Made by a program: the position numbers and the translations under genes. Shown in pieces: positions 51,961-64,000 of a stretch of DNA of 64,000 nucleotides. This DNA comes from Octopus vulgaris. Lineage: Eukaryota. The stretch covers positions 83,576,001 to 83,640,000 of the forward strand of contig OX597820.1 of NCBI GenBank assembly GCA_951406725.2, in the 5' to 3' direction. Within the stretch, counting starts at the first letter, position 1. Each line of letters starts with the position of its first letter. The notes beneath the pieces were generated by a model. That model saw nothing but the letters and a program-made list of their open reading frames with translations. It was not told the origin of the DNA and did not search any database.

Positions 51961-53197
51961 AATAGCCCAAACTCTATATAATAAACCATGGAAAAGGAAT
52001 GTTTATGACTAAAACTATAAGTCCGAAAATAAATCGGAAATATAACTTTAAATATATAGTAAGTAGTTATTTAAAATAAAATGCAAGCATAAATGTATTA
52101 CGTATATGATAGATTTAGTTACATTTCCGTATATATAAAAACCTTATTTAATTTTATGTGACTTATTTATTGTAGATATAATTTAGTAGTATTAGTGTAT
52201 AAATTAGTATGTTATTATATATTATATTACTATAATTGAATAATTTTAAACTTGGATATTTCTTAATAAATAAATGATTACATAAAATTATTACTATGTA
52301 TTAATTATAGTAAAATAAATTAATCTAATATTATATGTATATTTTACGTAATAATTATAGTAAAATAGTAATTTATACTAAATAGTAATTTATAGTTTTG
52401 TTGTTCTCTTATTTTTTTGATTCTAGAAGCTTGAATATTTTTTCGTCATTTTCATTAATCTATTTATTTCGTCATTTTCATTAATAACCTTATTCTATCA
52501 TTTTACACAAGGTATTCACAAGTTTAACTTCTCATAAACGCTAAGGCCTACATATTTATGTTTAAAATTCAGTTATAATATTTTCATCGATAAAATAAAC
52601 AACGCTTTTTATTGAACAATATTATTCAATTTTTGAATTGTATTATGTTTGATTATTATTGTTAAAATTAATTTATATATATTTTCTTGATCGTTATTAG
52701 TTACGCTACGTATATCTATTTAATTTACTATTTCTATTATTATTTTAATTATGTGATTTAATGTGTTATAAAAAAGTTACTTTGTGAAATAGTTTTGTAA
52801 GACAATATATTGTTTCATAGTTAGGAGGTTTATTTGTTACGTAGTATTACATTTTAGTAAATAAGTGTAATATTAATTGATATTTTGCTCAATTCTGTAA
52901 GTGAGCACAATATTAAATCTATATATACTATATATAAATTAATAATATAGTAAGTTTAAATAATAGGTGTGTATATATTTGAAACATTTTATATTTTTTA
53001 AATTCTAATACCCATAGTTTGTACTAGCATTATATATATAACATGACATGGAGTTTTTTAGTATGTATTACTTAATTAGAATAAGGATTAGAACAGTTCC
53101 TTATTAAATAAATAAATGACTAAATACGTAATTGAATTTAATGAATATATAGATAAAATCTTAGTATTTTAGTTTTTCACTTAATGTATATTTTGTA

Positions 53198-53199
<2 letters not shown>

Positions 53200-53239
<40 letters not shown>

Positions 53240-53372
53240 GGTATGTAGAGATATATTTGAGTGTGTACGCTATAGGTTTGTAATTTGTGTGTGTGGGTGT
53301 GTGTGTGAATTTTTTACATATATATGTATGTGTATGTGTGTGAAAAAATATATGTATGTGCATGTATGTATG

Positions 53373-53415
<43 letters not shown>

Positions 53416-54230
53416 ATATGTGTATGTATATGTGTGTGTGTGTGTATATTTATTTGCATGTTTATGCGTATATAAACATGTGCATTATTTGCATGCGCAT
53501 TGTGTATATGTATATTGTATGTATGTGTATTGTATATGTATGTGTACAATTAAGTGTATATATGTGTGTGTAAGTGTGCATTGTATACATGTATATGCAT
53601 TGCGTGTATATATATGTATGCATTGTGTATGTATGTTATGTGTGTGTGTTTATATATATTATATGTATGCGCACGTGTATGTGTATGCATTGTATGTGTG
53701 TATATTGTGTGTATATGTGGTATATCTATGTATGTGTATGTAAACACTATTTATATGTATACATGTATATATGTATATGCATTGTCTATATATATATATA
53801 TTATATGTATGTATTGCGTACGTATATTGCATGCATATATTGTGTATGTGTATTATATACATGCTGTATTTGTATATTGTATGTGTATATATATGCTAGG
53901 TGTATTTGTGTGATATTTATATTATGTATGGATGTGTGCGTGTGTTGTGTGTGTGTGTGTGTGTGTGTGTTGTGTGGGTATGTGTTATATATATATATGT
54001 GTGTGTATATTATATATAAATACATGTTATATTTGTGTGTTGTGTGTATATATTATATATGTGGGTGCGTTGTGTGTGTGTGTGTGTTCTGTGTGTGTGT
54101 GTGTGTGTTGTGTGTATGTGGTGTGTGTGTTGTGTGTATGTGGTGTGTGTGTGTTGTGTGTATGTGGTGTGTGTTTGTATACTATGTGTGTGTGTGTGTG
54201 TGTTGTTGTGTGTGTGAATATATGTGTGTG
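53200..54230. repeat. ~1-kb complex (TG)/(TA)/(TGTA) low-complexity tract
   Basis: Directly visible; source of the long Cys/Val/Tyr ORFs. Confidence 0.95.
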
Positions 54231-54461
54231 ACAAACAGACGCTGCTTGACCAGCAGGCATACTAACCTCCTGATAACCCCAAAACCATTGATGCTTGAAG
54301 GGGAGTATACACCACACTGGGTACAGCCTTTTTTCTCTCAATTCAACCCTTCTGCTAAAACAAACAGGTTAGTAACAACACATTCTCGCCTTCAACTTAA
54401 AATATTCTGAGATGTATAAAAAATCCATTTTAATTTTTGCTGTCAAAATATTGTATATATA

Positions 54462-54770
54462 TACCAAAGACTGTATATATATACATGTAATGTGACAATT
54501 TGCGACAACCAATAATTAACGCAACCAAATTTCCAATAATATATTTGTTTTATCCTTTTCTGCCAATTTTTCCAAATATTCGCATCACACTATTGAACTT
54601 CTCTGTTACCAAACACTATATTTATACATGTAATGTGACAATTTTGTATAAAAAAACATTTTTGAATTCATAATATCCAATGTGACAATTATGTAAAAAA
54701 CTTTTTTGAATGCATAATATTCAATGTGACAATTATGTAAAAAACTTTTTTGAACCCATATTATTCAATG
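54462..54770. repeat. ~43-44-bp tandem repeat (3 copies) plus an upstream partial copy
   Basis: AATGTGACAATT(A/T)TGTA..AAAAA.TTTTTTGAA...CATA.TAT.C repeated at about 54630, 54678 and 54723. accaaa.act.tat.tatacatgtaatgtgacaattt occurs at 54462 and 54608. Confidence 0.85.
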
Positions 54771-55792
54771 ATACTTTTAATGTTACTTTTGACAATCTTT
54801 TACCAAAGAGTGAAACCGGTTAAGTAAATAAACATCGTTTAAATTGCATTTTCAAACCTTTTTTATTATATATATATATATATATTTATTTATTTATTTG
54901 TTTTAAATATTTTAATTAATTGTATTTTAATTGTCTAGTATGGATGTATTACAGTTTATTATTCTTTTCTTTATTATTCTTTTCTTATAGATACAATAAA
55001 TATTTATACCTACTTATTCTAGGTTTATTTACAACAAAATATATTTAAGATATTTCGTGTTCTTCCAAGATTATATACGTATATTTATTTATTTAATTAT
55101 TTTATTGTTTTTATCTTTGACCTAAAGAGTGGCTATATTTAAATTGAATTGATTTTACTGTTATCAGTTTTTTAAATGTAGCCAAGAAACACGTGTAGTC
55201 AGTTTACTAATTATATACTTTTTATTTATTATTTTGTACATTACGTAATCATTGGGATATCTTATATTTATTTTTTCTATACAATATAATTTAATTACTT
55301 CAGTGTTGAATTGATAAAAGATGTTTTTTTCTAATTTATATACATATAATATATTTTGCGAAATTTAATTTAGTATTACTAAATCGAATTATTCCCTGTA
55401 AATTTGGAATAATATTCCCTAATACTATTTATGTATATATATATGTATGTAGGTATGTAAGTATATATTTAGATATATATATATACATGTTTGATTTTGC
55501 CCATTTCCTTTTCTATGTCTATACGTACATGTGCGACAGTCAATCGGCATTGAGCTTTCAAATACCAAAATCGGGGGTATTTGATAACAGCTGTAGATAT
55601 ACGTAAAATTACTTATGTTTCAAGGTAAAAAAGATGCAGGTGGCTAGAGCTAAAGTTTAAATATTCTTCCCTGTTCTTATTACACACTTCCATATGGAGC
55701 AATGTCTGTTATGTCATCTATAGAAATATTAACCTGATTGATTTCACCAACCCCTGACTAGTACACAACATATGTACATCTAATTTTGGTTT

Positions 55793-55972
55793 CTAATTTT
55801 GACACAGGACCAGCTCATTCAGGAATGAGGTTAAGTCGATTATATCGACGCCAGTGCTAAACTGGCACTTGTTTATCGACTCCGAAAGGTGCAACTGTAA
55901 AGACGACCTTGGCGGAATTTGAACGGAGAACGTAAATGCAGAGGAAATGCCGCTAAGCATTTTGCCCGGCGT
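55793..55972 (-). mobile_element. SINE
   Basis: ggcggaatttgaacggagaacgtaaa...gaaatgccgctaagcattttgcccggcgtg. Confidence 0.85.
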
Positions 55973-57882
55973 GGTGTCTATCTCGATTATTGCTAAAAAT
56001 AAACATATAATAATACTAGACAAGTTAACATTTCTAATGGGACCACTAAGTCTGGATGTGACGGAATCAACGAACTTTTAAAACTAACTTTTTAAAAATT
56101 AATTGATTATTGTGAAGGAATTGTCTACCGCTGTAATATTTTTATTAGCTCCTCGAATAAGGCTAATGTCATCCGTGCACAACTCCCCCTAGAATGTAAA
56201 TATTCGAAACACCTTTGTTGTTTTATATACTAGATAACAAAAAGTACGTCAACGTTGGTATGCTGTGATGGCCCTTAAAACCTTTGAGTTTCTTGATTAC
56301 AATTTCTAAATAAGGTTCTGCGTTGAGGTCATGGTATATTGTAGATAAATAAGACAATGCAATCACTTAGCGAGGACCCATATATCGTCATACCTAATAC
56401 AAAGCTTTCAGCATACTTTGGGTGCAACGTAATTGGACCTTCCTAAATTATTGACTATCATGTCTTTCTGGAAGTCAGAATTGGCAATAAACCAAATTTG
56501 ATCGACATGGTTAACTCTCCGCATAAAAGGTACGCATTGCAAGTTTTAATGTAAGGGTACCATTAACAATTAACAATTCTGCACTCTCCATTGCAGTAAT
56601 GGGAAAAATATGACCTACCCTGCCCTTCGACCACTTCGAATACATTACATACTATAGCAATTAATATACCAGATAGATATAAAAAGAAAACTGGCAACAT
56701 GTCGGAAGAGTTGTTATACACTCTTATCACTCACGGTCAGTTATACTACCATTCCTAGATTTCCAACAACTTTATCTCCATTTCGTCTTACTCCGCAACT
56801 TGTTTCTCATTACCATTAACATTATTACCTTTATCTCCACTGTCACAAACATGAGAATATTCAACATGTCTGCATCGTTGTTAGTGCCATCCTTTTTTTT
56901 TCATCATAATTACAAATAACGAAAAGTTTCTACACCACGGACATTTTTCACTTCATTAGATTCATTACCAATATTTTCAAGGAAACTAAATCCATAGTGA
57001 AAATTGACTAATCATAAGACAAGCACATTAATAATCGTAATCACAATGCTTTATTAATAATATTATAGTTGGAAAAAGCGCTAGCACGCTGGAGGAAGTC
57101 CTTAGCTATTTTTTTGTATGTTATGTGTATTTGTTAAATAAATTGTTAGATAGATAGACAGATAGAGAAAGAGAAAGAAAGAGACAGAGGGAATGAGAAT
57201 GAGACGGAGAAATGGTAAAATAGTAAAAACACTTCATTTCGTAGACCATCTGTGATTGACTCTAACTAATTACAAATTTCGTTTACGCGTTATAGTCAAT
57301 AAAAACAATACCATATAATACTATTTAATATTTCATCCATATAAGAAGCTAGTTAGAAGAGGTGAACTTCTAAAAATAGATATATATTTACGCGACAAAG
57401 CTGTAAATTAAACTTTAGACGCACAACTTATCGTGATCAGGGACTGAAACTTTCGTAGTGCTAAATTTTAAATAAAATATATATGTATGCGCACATATTC
57501 GTGTATGTAGTGGGAGAGAATGTGTGTCTGTGTCTGTGTGCGTTTCTGTGTTCGTGCGTGTGTGCGTGTCTAGGTGAACCTGTGCAATTATGTGTGCGTG
57601 TGTGTTTGGTAGTGTGTATGCTAATGTGTAATTATATTACTCATATAATTCCTGATGCATTTAAAAATCATACCAAATACACAAATAACCTTTTAGTTTG
57701 GTAGGATATCTTAAGTAGAAAGGAAAACCGGTAATTTATGTACAAAAGTGTTTGTTTAAATACTTCTGTTGCTGGGTGATATTTAATTGTGCGTTCGATT
57801 GATAACGTTATAAACAAACTTAATAAGATTCTTCTATTTGATGTATATGAGTATACATACATATATATATATATATGTATGC

Positions 57883-57930
<48 letters not shown>

Positions 57931-58167
57931 GTGTGTGTGTGTGTGCGTGCGTATATTTAAACGAGCTTATAAAGAGAAAGGAATATGTACGCGTGAGAGC
58001 ACGTATCTATATGCATACGAATACACACATATATGTGTGTGTATATGTATATGTGTGTGTGTCTGAGAGTCGGTGCCGTATGTTTACATCTATGCATTAC
58101 TGTTAAATATATATATATATATATATTAATATAAAGAGAGAGAGAGAGAGAGGGGAAGAGAGATTTT

Positions 58168-58218
<51 letters not shown>

Positions 58219-58583
58219 CTCTCTCTCTCTCTCTCAATATGTATATATATATATATATATGCACGCGCGTATGTGGAGGCTAAGTTAGAGCCTATGTTCT
58301 TACCAGTTGCTTCTCGTTTCACTCATTGTAGGCTGTTCATGTAAAATTACACTTGACATGATAGCATCGACGTCTAATCAACTGAAAGTCTACAACAGAC
58401 GTACATCCTTGTATTTGCTGTACAGTGTAGCTCAGTGATTAATGTCAGGGCCTAAACATAGCATGCTTAAATGTAAGCGCGAGTATAAATTTTCTCACAT
58501 TTATGTGAAGAAGTTTACATGCACATCCATTATGCGTATTTACAATTCGATTCTATTTTTATTAATGCGTACATGTACACACA

Positions 58584-58622
<39 letters not shown>

Positions 58623-59499
58623 TTATATATATAAATATATGCATACATACATACATACACACACATATAGATGCGCATATACGGAAATATCAATGTATAT
58701 TTGTGTATATCCTCGTATATCCTGTATTCCTGTATCGACAAGATTATCAGATGCTGTTATAATGAGCTCCCAGTTCTTACTTGATTGTGTCCTTTTCTCT
58801 CATAATTTAACTTTATTACATAAATCAACTACGCACCGTCGATGTCGTCTTCCTACGCTTATCCTTTCGATAGTTTGGAGACCTTGCGGAAACTACTTCT
58901 GTGCACCTATTGCCCGTGAACCTTGCGAGTGTGTAACCCTAAATAAAATGGATATTGAATTATTAAGGAGGATATGATCACGATTGAATGCATTTATAAC
59001 GAAAAATTTGCGCTTAAACCGTAGTTTGATGAGACGCTTTATTCCATTCTCCTGTAATTCTGTTCCTTAGTAATGGATTTTTAATAAATATAAAGACTTT
59101 TAATAACGAAAATACAAAAATCTTGTAAAGCATTGTTTTTCATCATTTTAAAGAACACATTTAAAAGATACATAGTCTTGATCGCGGAAAAAAGTATTTT
59201 ATGTGTTGGAACGAATAAAAAAAATGCTCTATAAAAATGTAAACATCAATGGTTTCTTAACTGAGATATTTTTCATCAAAATATAGTTAGTCACAAAACC
59301 TATGAATGCATGTCCCTCCTTGATGTATTGTGTTATATATAAAATATCCAGGACTGAAATGAATCACGTACTTAAATAGTGAATGCACCAAGACGACGTC
59401 AGTGATGACGTAAACATGTGCAGACACTGTATAAGGACAAAAACATACTAACTACAGTAAACACGGATTTGTATTCCAGTTATTCACACATTCATAAAT

Positions 59500-60860
59500 A
59501 GGTGTTTGAATATACAACGAGTCATCAAGGTTGCACATGGATTCACACACTGCAACTATTGCACCGCTGTCCACAGACTGTACATAGAAAGCTGCGTAGC
59601 TTGCTTTGTGTTCAACATTCTATGTTTGGGAGAGCAATGGAATGCTCCGAAGAGTTTCATCTCTGAATTTTCTGTAATGCTAATGGAAGGTTTGTCGCAC
59701 ATTAAGAGCAGACAATCTCGCAGATGGCTGAATTTGCCACGAAACACGGTTGGTTATATGTTATAGGGATGTTGTATCTTGTTCAGTCCTCCCATATTGT
59801 TGTATCAAGGAAGGATAGATGTGACTTACTTTCAGAATACATCGTGTGAAGACACGTAAAAGTGCGTGATGCAGGAGGAACTGGAAGGGAGGGAAACAGT
59901 CCAGCAGGTAGGGTAGTGCCTGAAGCACAAAATGCTCCTTGGGAACGTGACACAGGGATTTGAGAGAACTATCATAAAAATACGGCAAGCAGAGATGGGT
60001 GGCAGCGACTTGTGTAGATGGCGTGCGTTCATCAGTGGGCGATATAGCAGAAAACAGAGTGAATATTCTCTGAGAGTGGTGGATATTTTTGATGTTCTCC
60101 GTAGTACATAATTTCTTTGTGGAGTAATGAAAAGGCTCGCGTATACACAAGACGTTAATCTAAGGTAGTAAATGAAGAAATCTATGACTGAAAACATGAC
60201 AGGATCATCAACTACTTCGCGGCGGCAACAAGCATAGAGATGAGGTATTTCAGAAATGACCACACTAGCCAGTAAGATAGCATTTATTAAGAAATAATAG
60301 TGTTCAGTATATTATCTAAGAAGATCCCTGATGGTTTGTATCCAGTGCTACAAGACGGGATGACGCAAGATGACTTGCAAGTGCATATAAAATTCCATCA
60401 CATATTATTCAGATCAGGTTGAGGCCAGATATAATCTTCATGCTAAATGATAACTAATACTATCCGAGTTTGCTGTGACTTAGAATGAGGGGATGGAAGA
60501 GACGAAAGAGAGGAAGAGCGTGAAGTACGAGGAACTAGGTGAGAATTGCCACAAGAACTGGTGATGTAGGGGAAGTGGTTGGTCAACATATTAGAGGTTT
60601 CTCTACGAGTGAGGCCAATAGAGCCATTTGCAATACTAGATTAAGCAAGCAAGAGCCATCAAGAATAGTTTAAGTGCAGTTGAACTACATTTTTGAAAGT
60701 ACTAGAGGAAAAGAAGTGTGATCATTTGGATCAGTATCATACTACTTGGAGACAAGCCTGCACCTGAAAACCATCGCTCCGGTTGTTTTGATGAATTCTC
60801 TATAACTCGAGATATCCACTGCCTCCAGGATAAAGAACTCATATGACCGAGTATTGTGTG
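59500..60860 (+). mobile_element. HERO/R2-group non-LTR retrotransposon remnant (restriction-like endonuclease)
   Basis: RRWLNLPRN, then RPDII...LSEFAVT*NEGMEETKERKSVKYEELGENCHKNW*CRG, matching the RLE pattern RPD..ELTVPWE..ERKxxKYxxL..C..W..CRG. Confidence 0.75.
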
Positions 60861-61387
60861 TAAGGACGTAGGCAGACGTATATACCAATGCATATATAAG
60901 TATCTGTGCATGTATATATGTGTGTGTGTGTGTGTATGTGAGTGTATGCGCGTGTGTGTACTACTAATTTATAACAATAAATATTTTTTGACTTGTTTGG
61001 GTTCGATTATGCGCCTAGCTTTTATGTATGGTTAAGCGCAGAGGTACGTGTACAGTGTATCAGTACCTAAACACATAATAGTGGATAACACAATACACAT
61101 AAAATTATCTAGACAAAAGATAATATGATATGTGAGCTTACCACTTAGTACACATGTGCATGTGTGTTCTTGCAATAGATTTCATGAGCAAAAATATATG
61201 TACATAAATTCGCCAGCAATGATTCTTCAAATACATATAGATTGCTTCAACATATGTACACAATAGGTTTTTCGAAGTGAGTTATATGTTCGCATGTGTC
61301 TATATATAAAAATACTAATTTATATCTTCACCTACACAAAAACGCGCAAACATACACATCCAAGCATACACACACACACACACAGAC

Positions 61388-61419
<32 letters not shown>

Positions 61420-61444
61420 TTGAGTATATTTGTTTCTTTATATG

Positions 61445-61503
<59 letters not shown>

Positions 61504-61961
61504 GTATATACATACATATAAAGAAACAAATATACTCACACACATTTTCGCATGCGCATTGCTGCAGCAAAGCTAGCTATTTTCCTAGCCAGAAAGCCTG
61601 TAATTGAGTTAAAAGGGAAGCGAATGTTCAGTGAGCCTGCAAGTTGAGTGCATCCATGCTGGAAATCTACTTTTATTTACTTAGCTTCTAGCCATCCTCT
61701 CAGAAACAACTCAGCCACCGACATGTCAATATTGATTTTTATTGACAGCAATGATTCGGTTTATTTGCAAAATTGCTTCATATACTCTGATTTTGGCTAC
61801 TCAACTTTTAGAAATGTACTAGCTAGTCGTAAAAATAAATATATAAAATATTTGTCATACGATGTTTTTCACTTTATCTCTCTCACTTTATGTTTCCCTG
61901 TCTCCCTACCTCCCATTTTCCCGAGTATCTCCCATCCAAACACATACACAGACATATATCA

Positions 61962-61993
<32 letters not shown>

Positions 61994-62571
61994 ACACACA
62001 CACAAACACACACACACATACACACGCACGTACGCACGCACACGTATATGAATGTAAATCTATATCTCACTCCAATCACTCATACATACATACACACACA
62101 CATACATATATATATTTATATGAGTGTGTGTCTGACAGAGAAAGAAAATTTATAGATAGATAGGGAATGAAGTAGAAATGAACGTATAAGGAAACAGAAA
62201 TATTGCCATTCCACTTTAACATATGGAAGTCCTCTAAAGATCTATCATATATACGAGATGGCAAAAATGCACAAGACGTCACTGTTCCGTATCCTATGTA
62301 TCTGAACATTTGCCATGAACGTACGCTTACCCACGTCCCATGATGCGAGTATCAAGTATATTAATCAAGATTTAAAGACCACCTATTGTAACAAATTCCT
62401 TCACTAAACATTTTAAAATCATGAGTACATTATTTATTCTACCTAGTCGTGTTTGTCATGAAATGCCCTACACAAGCTCAACTTCAAAATTCTATTGGTA
62501 ATGCTTTAGAGTCCGCGCATCTTTAGAGCCCTACACTATCATAATAGTAAATAGTAAGCAAAACAGGGGTA

Positions 62572-63030
62572 TACGAGGTGCGTTCAGAAAATATCTGACT
62601 AAAAGAGATACTGTGTGGGCAAATCCCTTTGGTGAAACCATACCTGTGCGTGATTCAAAATCTTCACGCAGGTAATGCGGGTCATTTTTTTATAGTTATG
62701 CCCAAAATATACACGGGTATTGTACTTTCGTCGGATTTTCCGTTTCGCGTCAGATGAACACATCAAGCAGAGATCATAAATCCATATCTCATCACCAATG
62801 ATGGTGATGTTCATGAAGACTGGGCTGTGGTTTGCACATTCCAGCATGTCCCGAGAGATTCCCATGCGGAGTTGCTTCTGTTGCTCCTCCAACAACATGA
62901 GGACGAACTTCGCAGATGCTCTCCGCATGGCTAAATAATCCATTAAAATGGAATGCATTGGTCCTGTTCTTATTCCTAATTCGTGAGGATTTTCCTGCTT
63001 TGTCACACGATGGTCTTCCATGACATACCC
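62572..63030. mobile_element. Rearranged mariner remnant
   Basis: TIR-like TACGAGGTGCGTTCAGAAAATATC at about 62573 (+). Minus strand 62772-63030 encodes EDHRVT..ELGI..MHSILMDYLAMRRASAKFV..L.EEQKQLRM..CANHSPVFMNITIIGDEIWIY. Confidence 0.85.
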
Positions 63031-63049
63031 TCCTACTATTTTCACTTGC

Positions 63050-64000
63050 TATGAAACTTAAAATCAAAGATAGAGTAGAAGGATTCACCCAACGAAGAGC
63101 TTTTGTAACCTTCAAAGACCAAAAGACATTTTTAAGGAAAACCTTTAATTGTAGATAGATAAATACTTGAAAAAGTGAAATAAGTATTATTAGTATATCT
63201 ATATTAGACAACATCATAGGATGTTTACTCAATGAATAAGTAGCAATGCGATGATTGAAAAGATTAATAAGATTGAAGATAACTCCAAATGCATATTTAT
63301 CCAGCTATAGATTCTGGAGTTTTAAACTCTCTATCTCCAAAAACCTGCGCCAATAGGCACTTTGAATTTAGTAAAGCGTATATAACCGATACTAATACCA
63401 ATGTACATATAATGGATGCTAGAAAGCCATTACTTTTCCACGATAATTTCATCGCGACATCAGATAGCTCATCCGCAATAGCAACAAAATAAGGATGGTC
63501 GATTTGATGTCGCGATGGTTAGGTGTGATGTTGCATAGAGAGCGAATTTAGTTGGGTTTTATTTTCTAGATGTCCTTAAAAAGCGATAAATGAGACTGAC
63601 ATTAGGCTATACAAGGAAAACGGCCTCGGAGTGGTACACAACTTGGGTTATATAAGAAAAAATATACAAAATATTTAACAAATCTAAGGACTATAATTAA
63701 CACTAATCTTAAAAACTTAATTTCGTAGATACTAACATGATCCTTAATAGAGGCTAGTTTAAAACTTAACATAAACGAAATGAGGATACGGCATACATTG
63801 ACCGTCAATATATCTTCCGATAAAATCGCCTTCGAAACGGCTACTCATACAACAATGCCGCAATAGGGTGTAGCATAAAATATATTTACCCAAATATAAA
63901 TAGACACAAGAAGGTGTTAGCAGAGGACACTCTTATGGTACATTCCTCTTTGTAGTTGAACATAGCCATTAACATAACAATAACATTTCTAAAACTAATA
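63050..64000 (+). mobile_element. Penelope-like RT remnant, related to 30790-32470
   Basis: KIKDRVEGFTQRRAFVTFKDQK..CR*IN..KSEI..ILDNI, IMDARKPLLFH and FDVAMVRCDVA..LVGFYFL...IRLYKENGL (decayed FDVTMG..LVG..GLYRDDGL). Confidence 0.85.

Noticed and set aside
52000-53180. Extremely AT-rich kilobase, considered as a mitochondrial insertion
   Set aside because: No recognisable mitochondrial rRNA, tRNA or protein motif.
53181-54410. Long Cys/Val/Tyr-rich ORFs (up to 278 aa) and similar YIYI, LSIY and THTH ORFs throughout the window
   Set aside because: They are translations of dinucleotide and tetranucleotide microsatellites.
54227-54410. TGTGACA start resembling an LTR 5' end
   Set aside because: No matching 3' end, TSD, PBS or second LTR was seen.

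Overview
This is AT-rich, microsatellite-dense eukaryotic DNA with no intact protein-coding gene that I can support. The tRNA-derived SINE families look like those of octopods (Octopus), judged from memory rather than by search. Most ORF-track entries are translations of (TA)n, (TG)n, (TATC)n or (GA)n repeats. The recognisable content is decayed transposons: about 6 Penelope-like element (PLE) fragments (RT or GIY-YIG), Tx1/L1-like ORF1 and ORF2 remnants, an RTE RT fragment, a HERO/R2-type fragment, 3 mariner remnants (one with both TIRs), a 118-bp pogo/Tigger-like MITE, an internally deleted Helitron and about 12 SINE loci. The most notable non-obvious signal is a series of minimal type-I hammerhead ribozyme (HHR) motifs in PLE terminal repeats. 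Several sit in head-to-head inverted, largely ORF-less units next to (TA)n tracts, and some have non-canonical cores: A6U in two copies, and a U3-A8 swap in one. PLE hammerheads are a known class, so these are variants and architectures to test, not a proven new system. Boundaries of decayed elements are approximate and all alignments were done by eye.
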